A DNA stretch of 32,000 nucleotides from Aliivibrio fischeri ES114. Its GTDB lineage: Bacteria; Pseudomonadota; Gammaproteobacteria; Enterobacterales; Vibrionaceae. Location of the stretch: the NCBI RefSeq assembly GCF_000011805.1, contig NC_006842.1; one strand, 5' to 3'. Both the position numbers and the translations under genes were made by a program. Positions 15,334-24,929 of this stretch are shown piece by piece (positions within the stretch are counted from its first letter, which is position 1; each line of letters begins with the position of its first letter). The notes beneath the pieces were generated by a model that had not been told where the DNA came from, ran no database searches, and saw only the letters and a program-made list of their open reading frames with translations.

Positions 15334-16772
15334 TGCGTAAGTTCTTATACGGCTCACTGGCTCTGCTTATGTTATCTGGCTGTGCCTCTCAAGAGTTTAA
15401 AGATAACCTCGCGTTTAACGACGCAATACATCAAAGCATCGGGGAGCAATCAAACTCGAAGTTGTATAAAAAAGTCAATTTCATTACAAAACCACCTATG
15501 GTTGTTACACCAATAGTGGAAAATGTGGATATGGAATGGCTAAAAAAACCAAGTAATGTGAACGCCATTGAATTACCACTCTCAGTGGTTCTTGAGCAAT
15601 TAATGAGTGATGTCAATATCCCGATTTATTTCTCAAAAGACGTTCAACCAAGTACACCTATCACATTAAATTTTTCATCTTCTCGTCAAGATGTTTTAAA
15701 TTCACTGTCTAAAGAATCAGGATATGGCATTGAATATAAAAACAACCGATTAGAAATATCAAAGTACATTACTCGCGTATTCACGCTTAACATGCCATCA
15801 GGAACCATGTCAGGGCAATTAGGCTCACAAGGACAATCGTCCAGTGAAGACAGTGCTCGCATTGAAGGGCAATATTTAAATGTTGAATATAAAGATGTAC
15901 AAATCGTTGATGAAATTGCAGCAAGCTTAGAAAAAGTGCTTGGCGGTGATGACATCGCTAAAAAGTCTATCTCGGTATCTCCTGCCTTATCGAGCGTGAC
16001 CGTCACCGCAACGATTGACCAAATGCAAGACATCGAGTACGTCATTGACCATTACAAAAAAGAGTTATCAAAACAAGTCATTCTTGACATCCAAATGATT
16101 GAGTTTCGCTCAAATCTTGGAACAGAGCATAGTATCGATTGGAATATCGTAAAAGATACAGGCAACGGCTTACTTCAATTTTTTGTTCCTGGTACTACAA
16201 CCATTTCTCAAGGTGCTGGCTATGGTCTTGCCTTCACAGGTAAAGGAAAATGGACAGGCACAGAGTCTTTTATCAGAGTACTTGAGCAACAAGGTAGCGT
16301 ATCAACACAAACCCCAATAACAGCAATGATTTTGAACAATCAGCCTGCAAAAATTACTCAACAAAATGTCATTCCTTACATTTATGAAGCATCAAGCGAA
16401 AGCAGCGAAGGCGTAATAAGTGCCAGTGTGACACGTAAAACAGAAGTTGAAGGGGTTGATATGATGGTGAACTCCATCATTCAAGATGAATACGTTTCTT
16501 TACGCATTTCAGGACAACTGCAAAAGATTTTTAACCGCTCAACGGAAAAAGTCGGTGATGTGAATCTTGGCATGTTAAGCACACAAAAATCTGAAATCAC
16601 GTTCGCAAACAAATTGCGTTACGGCCAAACCTTCGTCATTGCCTCAGTAAAACAAACCTCAAAAACTGCGGAGCAAACAAAAAGTTTTTGGACGGAATTA
16701 TTTGGGGGCACAGGAACCCGTAATGATACCGTTGAAACACTTGTGTTACTGACTCCACGCAAAGGCTACTAA
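15333..16772 (+). CDS. pilN: type IVB pilus outer-membrane secretin lipoprotein
   Basis: Lipobox LALLMLSGCAS; secretin domain '...VILDIQMIEFRS...GLAFTGKGKW...GSVSTQTPITAMILNNQPAKI...VETLVLLTPRKGY'. Confidence 0.92.
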   Translation: MRKFLYGSLALLMLSGCASQEFKDNLAFNDAIHQSIGEQSNSKLYKKVNFITKPPMVVTPIVENVDMEWLKKPSNVNAIELPLSVVLEQLMSDVNIPIYFSKDVQPSTPITLNFSSSRQDVLNSLSKESGYGIEYKNNRLEISKYITRVFTLNMPSGTMSGQLGSQGQSSSEDSARIEGQYLNVEYKDVQIVDEIAASLEKVLGGDDIAKKSISVSPALSSVTVTATIDQMQDIEYVIDHYKKELSKQVILDIQMIEFRSNLGTEHSIDWNIVKDTGNGLLQFFVPGTTTISQGAGYGLAFTGKGKWTGTESFIRVLEQQGSVSTQTPITAMILNNQPAKITQQNVIPYIYEASSESSEGVISASVTRKTEVEGVDMMVNSIIQDEYVSLRISGQLQKIFNRSTEKVGDVNLGMLSTQKSEITFANKLRYGQTFVIASVKQTSKTAEQTKSFWTELFGGTGTRNDTVETLVLLTPRKGY

Positions 16773-16780
16773 GGAATTTT

Positions 16781-17905
16781 ATGTCAACTCTTTCTTTAGC
16801 GACGTTCGTCATTCTGCCATCAGAAAAAGAACTCAAACGACATAGGAAATTATATCCTAGTCAATTTGAGCGTATTGTTGAAAATGGCGCCATGCTTCGA
16901 CGTTATTACTCAATGACTCCTGCTGTACTCTATGGGGAATTTATCAAGCAACACATTCAACCTCAAAACGACTTCGGTCGTTTTGTTTATATTGAACGCT
17001 TAGATGATGAATCCTCTTGGTACGGTGCTGCATTTGAAGACGGTCAATTACTGCATGAATACGTTGAATCATTTGAACAACTCATGCAAAACCTTGCTTA
17101 TGATTGCCATCTGGCCACACATATTTTCACCCCGACAATCTTTGATTCTATTTACTCACACAAATTGTCTGTTATTGAAAAGCTAACCGCTTCTCAAGAA
17201 ACGTATCAATTAGAGCGAATCAATGAGCATCACGCCGAAAAAATCATGGGAGGATTGATTTTAATCGTGTTGGCACTGTTTATTTCTCTGTACTTATTCA
17301 TGCCAAAACAAGAGCAACCTGTGAGCTCGAATGAGCCAATCATTGATCCAACCGCTCAATTTATTCAAAGCTACAACGATAAATTGATTGCATCAAACGT
17401 ATTAACCAACGCCATTCACTTATTAACAGAAACAGCCTTACTTCCAACACCAATGAAAAGTGATGCTGTCACGTTAAGTGGCAATACCTTAATCGCAACG
17501 TTAGATAAAAGCACCGTCAACGAGCAAACATGGAAACAGTGGCGAAGCAATGACACCACTCTTAACGCTTTATATGTTGAAGCAACAAAAGCATTTACCT
17601 TTCCCATTACAAGCATGGCGAAATGGCAACCTTTTGATGTAACGCATTATCTTCCAGCGTTTCTTGATGCGCTGAAATTGTTGAATATCACCGTAACAAA
17701 CCAACAATCCATTCCGCATGGTGACATTACCACTCACTCAATGCTGCTCACAATGAAGGGGGAAATAAGCAAAGCCCTGATTTTAAGTGAGCTCATTGAT
17801 AATCCAGCAATCACAACTAACGCACTAACGTTAACTCGTACTTCAACCGATGAAGTTTCATTAACTCTGTCTCTTTCTATACACGGGATCACTTATGGAA
17901 ACTAA
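16781..17905 (+). CDS. pilO: PilO-like type IVB pilus accessory protein
   Basis: Single central TM (IMGGLILIVLALFISLYLF), cytoplasmic N-domain; position between pilN and pilP. Confidence 0.75.
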   Translation: MSTLSLATFVILPSEKELKRHRKLYPSQFERIVENGAMLRRYYSMTPAVLYGEFIKQHIQPQNDFGRFVYIERLDDESSWYGAAFEDGQLLHEYVESFEQLMQNLAYDCHLATHIFTPTIFDSIYSHKLSVIEKLTASQETYQLERINEHHAEKIMGGLILIVLALFISLYLFMPKQEQPVSSNEPIIDPTAQFIQSYNDKLIASNVLTNAIHLLTETALLPTPMKSDAVTLSGNTLIATLDKSTVNEQTWKQWRSNDTTLNALYVEATKAFTFPITSMAKWQPFDVTHYLPAFLDALKLLNITVTNQQSIPHGDITTHSMLLTMKGEISKALILSELIDNPAITTNALTLTRTSTDEVSLTLSLSIHGITYGN

Positions 17906-18533
17906 GAAAAAAATAACTCTAGGTATTGGCGGTGTCGTCATCATATTGATGGGTTCATCAATTGTGATGGATATGTTCAGCAAGCCAACCACGCGAACCG
18001 CTCCTGTTACCCCAAAAGCCGTAGTAAGTAACACATCTTCATTTGCGCCTGAGTCCATTGAAGTAAAAACGGTTCAACCGATTATTCTTGAGCTATCAGA
18101 TAATGCCAACACGTTATTGAATGCGTTAGATTCAACGTACTTAAGCACCGTTAATACTCAAGCAAGTGAAGCCAAAATCAAAGAGCTCGAAAAACAAAAG
18201 CAACTCGACGATCTTGTGTTTGAGCTCACTTATGGTGAACGCGATGACCCCGAACCTGAGAAAAACTACTACGTGCAACCTGTAAAAACGGCACCGTCCA
18301 TTATTGACCGTCTACAAGTAAACAGCATCATTAATGATACGGCTTTTATTGATGTGTCTGGTCAAGTTATTCCCGTTAAAAAAGGGGATAACGTTGAAGA
18401 TGCAAAAATCACTCGCATCACCAAAAACACGGTTGTACTGACTCGTAACAATCAGTCATTTACAAAATACATTAAAGCTGCACCAATCAAAGTAGCGATT
18501 AAAAAGGAAAGCGAGGATGTTAGATCACAATAA
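17895..18533 (+). CDS. pilP: PilP-like pilus biogenesis protein
   Basis: N-terminal TM, coiled region, C-terminal 'ARVTRITKNTVVLTRNNQ'-type domain (here 'AKITRITKNTVVLTRNNQSF'). Confidence 0.8.
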   Translation: METKKKITLGIGGVVIILMGSSIVMDMFSKPTTRTAPVTPKAVVSNTSSFAPESIEVKTVQPIILELSDNANTLLNALDSTYLSTVNTQASEAKIKELEKQKQLDDLVFELTYGERDDPEPEKNYYVQPVKTAPSIIDRLQVNSIINDTAFIDVSGQVIPVKKGDNVEDAKITRITKNTVVLTRNNQSFTKYIKAAPIKVAIKKESEDVRSQ

Positions 18534-20070
18534 CATCATCCAATCGGATGAATTGAAATCCATCTACTTCTTACATCAAGATACGGTAATTACGCACAAC
18601 GGTGAAATCTTCACCTGTGATTTTGAAAGTCCATCTGTTGATAAAATTGATGCATTAATAAAAAAACACCCTGAACTATTGACCGATCCTTTCCGCTCAA
18701 TAACCGTCAAAAAAATAGAACGTACCGCAATTACTCACATCATTGAAGATATGTCGAGCTCAACTCACCATTCTTTAATCGATCATGAGTCCCTCAATGC
18801 AGTCGCTGAACGTGCCGTTGAGATATTACAAAATTCAGCAATGCGTGAAGTGTCCGACATTCACATCGAGTTATACGCGAAACAAACCCGAATTGAAGGC
18901 CGAATTGATGGAAGAATGGTGGCATTACAGCCTCCTGTTCCTGAGCACGAATATGGGAAGTTGTTGTTTGGCTATCTATTTAATGAGCTGGCCGTTGATA
19001 AAGACGATGATTTTTATCAAAACAAAATAAACAACGGACGAATTGAAATTGATCTCAATACCCCCGATGGATTACGCGAAACGCTTTGGCGAATTGGTTA
19101 CATTCCAGCCAAAGACAATGGCGGTCAAGCGACACTTAGATGGCTAAACAAAAATGAATCAGTTCCCCTACTAGATAACATTGGTTGGGAGACTGGACAC
19201 GTAAAAATCATGCGTGACTTTTCAAATAGTGCCTCTGGTATTTGTATCCTTGCTGGACAAACAGGCTCAGGTAAAACTACCACCATTGCCAGTATCATCA
19301 ATGAGTTAAAAGGAAAAGGCCGATCAATTAACACCTTAGAAGATCCTGTGGAATTTGACTTGGGAGTTATGCAGTCATCCGTCGTTAGTCAAAACGATGA
19401 TGAAGATCTGATGTTTAAATACGCGAAAGCCTTACTTCGTCACGATGTAGACATCGAATCTCACGGTGAAATGCGAGATATGAAAGATGCGATGAACGTT
19501 TGTCGTAAAGGGGAAACGGGGCAGATCATGTTTACCACCATGCACACCTCGTCAGCCATTGGTATTGGACATACATTAAATGAGCAAATGCACGTACCTA
19601 GTGCCTTAATTGCTGCACCGAACTTAATGAAGTTATGGATTTACCAAACCCTTGTTCGTACTTTATGCCCTCACTGCAACTTATCTCTTGATGACGTTAC
19701 CCCTCATTTAAATAACGATCAAAAAGAAAAATTAGATAAGTGGCTCACCGAACGTGACGACCATGTGTTGAAAGCCAATATGCGATTCAAAAATCCATCA
19801 GGCTGTGAGCATTGTAACGAAGGTGAAAAAGGCCGAACTACCTTGGTTGAAATGATCGTTCTGGATGATGAAGACCGTTTATTTATTTCAAATAAAGATT
19901 ATCTAGGTTGGTCAAAATCCTTATTAAAAAAAGGATTTAAACCAATAAGTGAACATGCCGCATTGAAAATCAAACGAGGTCAAGTTGATTTATTTACGGC
20001 AAATGAGCGAGTCAATGGATTGCTGACGAATAATTCAACCGATGTGTATCAACAACTGTGGGATGAATGA
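18517..20070 (+). CDS. pilQ: type IVB pilus assembly ATPase (GspE family)
   Basis: Walker A 'ILAGQTGSGKTTTIASI', Asp box 'TLEDPVEFD', His box 'GQIMFTTMHTSSAIG', CxxC 'TLCPHC/GCEHC'. Confidence 0.95.
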   Translation: MLDHNNIIQSDELKSIYFLHQDTVITHNGEIFTCDFESPSVDKIDALIKKHPELLTDPFRSITVKKIERTAITHIIEDMSSSTHHSLIDHESLNAVAERAVEILQNSAMREVSDIHIELYAKQTRIEGRIDGRMVALQPPVPEHEYGKLLFGYLFNELAVDKDDDFYQNKINNGRIEIDLNTPDGLRETLWRIGYIPAKDNGGQATLRWLNKNESVPLLDNIGWETGHVKIMRDFSNSASGICILAGQTGSGKTTTIASIINELKGKGRSINTLEDPVEFDLGVMQSSVVSQNDDEDLMFKYAKALLRHDVDIESHGEMRDMKDAMNVCRKGETGQIMFTTMHTSSAIGIGHTLNEQMHVPSALIAAPNLMKLWIYQTLVRTLCPHCNLSLDDVTPHLNNDQKEKLDKWLTERDDHVLKANMRFKNPSGCEHCNEGEKGRTTLVEMIVLDDEDRLFISNKDYLGWSKSLLKKGFKPISEHAALKIKRGQVDLFTANERVNGLLTNNSTDVYQQLWDE

Positions 20071-21086
20071 TGGCTAAATCAATACCAAAATTAAAGCAAG
20101 TCGCTTTACTGGAGAAAATCGCTCAGCTATCAAAAGCGGGTATCCATCAACGTAATATTGCAGTGCAACTCAGTAAATACGGGCATGGTGTTGAAAAAGA
20201 AATAGGTCAATCATGCCTTGATGCGATTGGCTCTGGACAATCTTTTTCTCATGGATTAGAGCACTGGATAAGCATAAACGCTTATCAAAGCTTATCCAGT
20301 GGGGAAGCGGTTGGTGAGTTCGTTCGCGGTGTACAAGAGGCGATTGAAGCACTTAATGTTGATGAAGCCAGTACTGGCGCATTATTCAAAGTACTCATTA
20401 AACCCATTGGAGGGTTAGGAGCCATACTCGGTATCAGTGCCCTACTCTCTAAATACGCTTACCCTTCATTATTAAAACAATTACCTATCCATCGTTGGGG
20501 CGGATTATCCCAATTCTCTTACGATTTTGGTTTATTTTGGCTCAACTACGGTGTTGTGGTCATTGTTTTAACTATTGGCTTAATAGGGTTTGTTGCTCTT
20601 ACCATTTCAAAAAACGGTAACTATCGAAAAGCATTCGATAACTTGCCTTTCTATAAACAATATCGACTGATACAAAGCGCGAACTTGCTTTCGTCTATTG
20701 CTCACCAAACCTTGGTTGGCAAGAGTTTGAAAAAATCACTATTGCACTACCAAAAATCAAGCTCTGCGTATTTATCGGCTCATATTCAAACCATGCTAAA
20801 CACGTTAGGAGGAGGTAAATCCAACGTAGGTGATATTTTTAACTCAGGTCTACTTCTTGATGAAGAGCACAGCACCTTAGTACTCCTTGGTGAAATAGGA
20901 AAAACACCAGAAACCTTGTACAAAAGCGCGCTCATTCATCGTGCAAAATTACTTACTGACGTTAATCGTCTAAAAACATGGGGCGACAACATCATCAAAA
21001 TTGGCGTAGGGCTTATTGCTTTCGTTGTTATTGGTGGTCTTCTTAGCCTTATCTTCAACATTGCCATGAATCAAGGGGCATTTTAA
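20067..21086 (+). CDS. pilR: type IVB pilus inner-membrane platform protein (GspF/PilR-like)
   Basis: Multiple TMs, GspF-like topology, 'LVGKSLKKSLLHY..GGG', position after pilQ. Confidence 0.85.
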   Translation: MMAKSIPKLKQVALLEKIAQLSKAGIHQRNIAVQLSKYGHGVEKEIGQSCLDAIGSGQSFSHGLEHWISINAYQSLSSGEAVGEFVRGVQEAIEALNVDEASTGALFKVLIKPIGGLGAILGISALLSKYAYPSLLKQLPIHRWGGLSQFSYDFGLFWLNYGVVVIVLTIGLIGFVALTISKNGNYRKAFDNLPFYKQYRLIQSANLLSSIAHQTLVGKSLKKSLLHYQKSSSAYLSAHIQTMLNTLGGGKSNVGDIFNSGLLLDEEHSTLVLLGEIGKTPETLYKSALIHRAKLLTDVNRLKTWGDNIIKIGVGLIAFVVIGGLLSLIFNIAMNQGAF

Positions 21087-21581
21087 ATGACAACTTTTTC
21101 AACTGCTAAAAAACGTAATAAAAAACAACTTGGTGCTTTAAGTATCGATGGAATGATTTACACCAGTGCCATTATTATCAGCGTACTGTTTGTTATGTCT
21201 AAAGGACCAGCACTTTGGTATAAAATTAACACCGCAAGATTTTCAGCTCAAGCCTCTGAAATTGTTCAAGCAACTCAAGGGCGAGCAAACCTAGCAACCT
21301 TAACCATTGCAAAACTGTGTGCTCGTGATGCACTAGATAAAGGCATTTGTGGTACAGCAAATGACGGTCGTGGTACGAACCCATTTGGTGGCGATTGGAT
21401 TTTATCGGGTAATGCTAGCTCTTCTGCACTTATTGATTTAACCGCTACGCTACCAAATGATCAAAACAGAGTATTAGATCTTGCGGACTTAATGGCACCA
21501 ACAACTCGTTCTGGATGTACCGAAGCAACAGGCTGTTCAACCATTAAAACAACCGCAGACTCTGTTGTAATGACTTACTAA
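21087..21581 (+). CDS. pilS: major prepilin, type IVB
   Basis: 'KKRNKKQLG|ALSIDGMIYTSAIIISVLFV' leader and hydrophobic helix, 'GRGTNPFGGDW', paired Cys in the C-terminus. Confidence 0.85.
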   Translation: MTTFSTAKKRNKKQLGALSIDGMIYTSAIIISVLFVMSKGPALWYKINTARFSAQASEIVQATQGRANLATLTIAKLCARDALDKGICGTANDGRGTNPFGGDWILSGNASSSALIDLTATLPNDQNRVLDLADLMAPTTRSGCTEATGCSTIKTTADSVVMTY

Positions 21582-21583
21582 TC

Positions 21584-22063
21584 ATGCGTCACCAACGCGG
21601 ATCATTTAGCGTTGGATTACTTCAATACCTTTCAATATCCCTCATTATTCTGGTGTTCTTCACTAGCTCATTACTTAATGTCTTGTCTGATATGCGCCTT
21701 GCAAAAGAGATTCATGTATCAGTTCAAGAAATAAGGCAAAAAAGCGCGTTGCACTACGCAAACCAAGTATTGCAAAGTCGCTGTTTGCCTCAAACCACAT
21801 TAACAATGGCGTTAATTGGAATACCAGATAATGACGGGTTGGCTAAGTATGATGTTAAGTACATTCAACGAGCGCAACCCAATAGCGCACCCTCTGGAAT
21901 AGAGATCCGTGCAACCTTACACGATAAAGAAATGGTTGAACGTGTTGCACGATTGCTATCCCCAACTCAACAAAACAACGACACCTTTATTTTTCATTTT
22001 CCATTAAGAAATCAGTTACATGATTGGCAACAATTAAATGTAAATAACGGGTGTATCAAATAA
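21584..22063 (+). CDS. minor pilin-like protein
   Basis: 'MRHQRG|SFSVGLLQYLSISLIILVFF' prepilin-like N-terminus. Confidence 0.6.
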   Translation: MRHQRGSFSVGLLQYLSISLIILVFFTSSLLNVLSDMRLAKEIHVSVQEIRQKSALHYANQVLQSRCLPQTTLTMALIGIPDNDGLAKYDVKYIQRAQPNSAPSGIEIRATLHDKEMVERVARLLSPTQQNNDTFIFHFPLRNQLHDWQQLNVNNGCIK

Positions 22064-22073
22064 GGAAACCAAA

Positions 22074-23030
22074 TTGAAAAAACAACGAGGCTTTGCTTCC
22101 ATTGTTTCGTTACTTATTGTTACTGCCGCTTTAATCATTGGTATTCAACAATGGTCTGCGTACAAAACAAAGCAACGCATCATAGCAACCAGTGAATCTT
22201 TTTATAACCGTGTGTTATTTATCAATGAACAATTTCATGCGTTCGCCCACGATAAATACTTATCTGGTGTAGGCATTAACACACAACATATTTTCCCATT
22301 CAAATTTATCGACTTAGAAGGAGATTATCTACCTACATGCTCAAATGAAGACAATCAGAAAGGGTACTGTTTTAAATACAATCAAACGCCTTGGGGGGAA
22401 ATAGCAGAGAAAGATTACGTTGTTGTTCCCGTTCCTAATGCTATTAGTCCTACCCACTATCGAGCTGAACTTACGCTGACATTGCCTGATAAAAACAATG
22501 ATGCATTGAAGTTTGATAGAGAGGCCACGATCCAATTATTCGCTCAACTTCCTAACATCACTTATGACGAGGTAAAAAACCAAATTGTTTTACGTATTGA
22601 ACGTCCAGATAAAGCACTGGCTTATGATTCATTAGTAAAACGAAGCGGTGATGATTCAACGTTATTAGGCGATTGGGATACAGGAGGCAACCACGCCATA
22701 ACCAACGCAAAAGACTACACAATCAGAAATAGCGACGGGAGTCAGCAATTAGTCAGTACAGGGTTAGTCAAAATCTTTCAGGTTAAACACGGGGATTTTA
22801 TAGATAAACCCAAATGTCCTGAGAACCAGCAACCCGATCTAACTTTAAGTCTTCACACTGTCATTATCTCCAACAAATACACCTTAACAGGCAGTATTAA
22901 GCCTTTCAGGTTGTCAGAAACCGCCACCCAATGGCAAGCAGGACTACAAGTTAGAGTAGTTCTAAATTCAACAGGTAAAGCAGACAAAATAACCACTGGA
23001 ATTATGACTGCTTTTGTTCAATGTAAATAA
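22074..23030 (+). CDS. pilV: PilV-like minor pilin/tip protein
   Basis: 'MKKQRG|FASIVSLLIVTAALIIGIQQWS' N-terminus and large extracellular domain. Confidence 0.6.
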   Translation: MKKQRGFASIVSLLIVTAALIIGIQQWSAYKTKQRIIATSESFYNRVLFINEQFHAFAHDKYLSGVGINTQHIFPFKFIDLEGDYLPTCSNEDNQKGYCFKYNQTPWGEIAEKDYVVVPVPNAISPTHYRAELTLTLPDKNNDALKFDREATIQLFAQLPNITYDEVKNQIVLRIERPDKALAYDSLVKRSGDDSTLLGDWDTGGNHAITNAKDYTIRNSDGSQQLVSTGLVKIFQVKHGDFIDKPKCPENQQPDLTLSLHTVIISNKYTLTGSIKPFRLSETATQWQAGLQVRVVLNSTGKADKITTGIMTAFVQCK

Positions 23031-23043
23031 AAAAGGAAAGACC

Positions 23044-23466
23044 ATGAAAATGAAGAAAACACTCTTAGCTACCGTATTATTCGGATGCGTATTAAGCGGC
23101 TCAGTATTTGCGGAAAAAGTAACGTATGACAAAGCCGTTGCCGATGCACAAGCTTACCACGACTCATTACCTCAGTATGAAAACGCTATTGAGGGTTTAG
23201 GGCCAGATGAAACGGGTAGCACAACCGCTGGTGCAAACCAGATGGGGAAATGGGTAAATCTTGGTGCATCCAGCATAAAAAGCGCGGGAGCTTATACCAC
23301 TATGCTTGCACCTAGTGCCATTGGTAAATCCTGTATAAAAGGGGACAGAGGATGGATCTCCAAAACACGCGAAGAATGTATTATTTTTAATGGTGGTAGC
23401 ACATCATGTAGAAAATACCGAACGGAGCTAGACGCTGAAAACGGTTACAAAGCGGAATGCCGCTAA
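23044..23466 (+). CDS. exported hypothetical protein with C-terminal Cys residues
   Basis: Signal peptide MKMKKTLLATVLFGCVLSGSVFA; 140-aa product. Confidence 0.65.
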   Translation: MKMKKTLLATVLFGCVLSGSVFAEKVTYDKAVADAQAYHDSLPQYENAIEGLGPDETGSTTAGANQMGKWVNLGASSIKSAGAYTTMLAPSAIGKSCIKGDRGWISKTREECIIFNGGSTSCRKYRTELDAENGYKAECR

Positions 23467-23484
23467 TAACTAATAGTTAATTTA

Positions 23485-23507
23485 AGGAGGAGTTACTCCT
23501 CCTTTTT
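23485..23507 (+). terminator. intrinsic terminator after the pilus operon
   Basis: AGGAGGAG-TTA-CTCCTCCT followed by TTTT. Confidence 0.85.
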
Positions 23508-23638
23508 GGTATATAACATTTGATCATAAACACCCTTTTCTTAGACCAAAAGATCATATTTAATTTAAATAAAAAACAGATACTTAAGTTATTTTTAATA
23601 GTATAATCAAACCTATAAATTGAATAGGAATTATAACA

Positions 23639-24670
23639 ATGAAAATCAAAAATATTGCGTTACTTATGGCTGGGTTATCCTTTAATGCACTGGCTATTGA
23701 AAACGGCACATCGGTGAATTGGAATAACTACGATGACATGGTCAAACTGTATTCTACTGATAACGCCCAAACTTGCTCAGGCACACTGATTGCAGGTAAA
23801 TACCTTTTGACTGCTGCGCACTGCTTAGTGCAAGACAACCCAACAACAAAAGTAAAATCAACTTGGGGGCAGCAATACACCGTCATTACTGACAATACGC
23901 ACCCTGATTATGATGTATTTAATGGTAATTGGCATGACGTGGCAATTTCTGAATTAAACCAATCAATTGATGCAAAAACTGTTCATTTCTTTGCTGATTT
24001 AACCAAAGATACGGTTAAAGAAAATGACGCATTGCGTGTTTTTGGCTTTGGTGCAACGGGCGAACAACTTAATTACGCATCATTAACTATGATTAATGAA
24101 GTTGGTGGGCCGCAAGACCGCTTAGATGGTAAAGTCATTACCAACGGTGCTGGTGATATTACTGGAGGCAATACCATTGGTGGTGATTCAGGCGGTGCAT
24201 GGCTAAATAAAAATAATACTATTGTCGCCACTCACAAAGGCGGAGATTGGTTAAACTCTGTTAGAGAAACCTACTCAACCAACTTGCATTACAGCAAACA
24301 ATTTATTTTAGATACGGTCAATGGTTGGCATTACCCAACGCTGGCGAATACTTCTAATGGCACCGCAACCATTACCGTTCAATCACTGCACGTAAACCCA
24401 ACAGTGGATACGGCTTACACCTCTGGTGATGCAACTATTACTGGCGGTACTTGTACAACAATGAGCTCGGTATCTGCATTTAAAACGTGTACTTATGAAA
24501 TCGAAAGCCAAGGCGGTATCGGTGCACTTCACTTAACGGATAATGAAACTATCTCAATCAATAAACCAACACCAACGCCTGAAACCTCTGGCGGTGGAGA
24601 AGAAGGCGGTAGTCTTGGATTCTTATCCCTAATCGGATTACTTGGCCTTGGTGTCATCAGAAGAAAATAG
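23639..24670 (+). CDS. secreted trypsin-like serine protease with GlyGly-CTERM-like C-terminus
   Basis: Triad motifs 'LTAAHCL', 'DVAISEL', 'GGDSGGAW'; C-terminus 'SGGGEEGGSLGFLSLIGLLGLGVIRRK' fits GlyGly-CTERM. Confidence 0.93.
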   Translation: MKIKNIALLMAGLSFNALAIENGTSVNWNNYDDMVKLYSTDNAQTCSGTLIAGKYLLTAAHCLVQDNPTTKVKSTWGQQYTVITDNTHPDYDVFNGNWHDVAISELNQSIDAKTVHFFADLTKDTVKENDALRVFGFGATGEQLNYASLTMINEVGGPQDRLDGKVITNGAGDITGGNTIGGDSGGAWLNKNNTIVATHKGGDWLNSVRETYSTNLHYSKQFILDTVNGWHYPTLANTSNGTATITVQSLHVNPTVDTAYTSGDATITGGTCTTMSSVSAFKTCTYEIESQGGIGALHLTDNETISINKPTPTPETSGGGEEGGSLGFLSLIGLLGLGVIRRK

Positions 24671-24671
24671 A

Positions 24672-24848
24672 ATGAAACCACAACGAGGTAAAGAAAGACC
24701 CTTTATCGCATTGGAAATGACAGCAAAGCATGAGAAATACGGATTTACCTCATTGGAAACATTATCAACATGGAACTCAAAGATAAGCAAAAACAAAGAG
24801 ACTCATTTCACTTGTAAAAAAGAATCGACGTTGATTATCCCAAAATAA
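24672..24848 (+). CDS. hypothetical 58-aa ORF
   Basis: MKPQRGKERPFIALEMTAKHEK...; starts 2 nt after the protease stop codon. Confidence 0.3.
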   Translation: MKPQRGKERPFIALEMTAKHEKYGFTSLETLSTWNSKISKNKETHFTCKKESTLIIPK

Positions 24849-24865
24849 ACAACACCGCTACCCAA

Positions 24866-24897
24866 TAAAAAGCAGACCTAATCGGTTTGCTTTTTTT
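24866..24897 (+). terminator. intrinsic terminator
   Basis: AAAAAGCAGACC-TAATC-GGTTTGCTTTTTTT. Confidence 0.75.
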
Positions 24898-24929
24898 ATT
24901 CCTGTTATTTACTCAATTGGATCACACTT

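Noticed and set aside
22074-23030. Shufflon-type variable pilV tail
   Set aside because: No repeated 19-bp-like crossover sites or alternative C-terminal segments nearby, and no rci-like tyrosine recombinase in the window.
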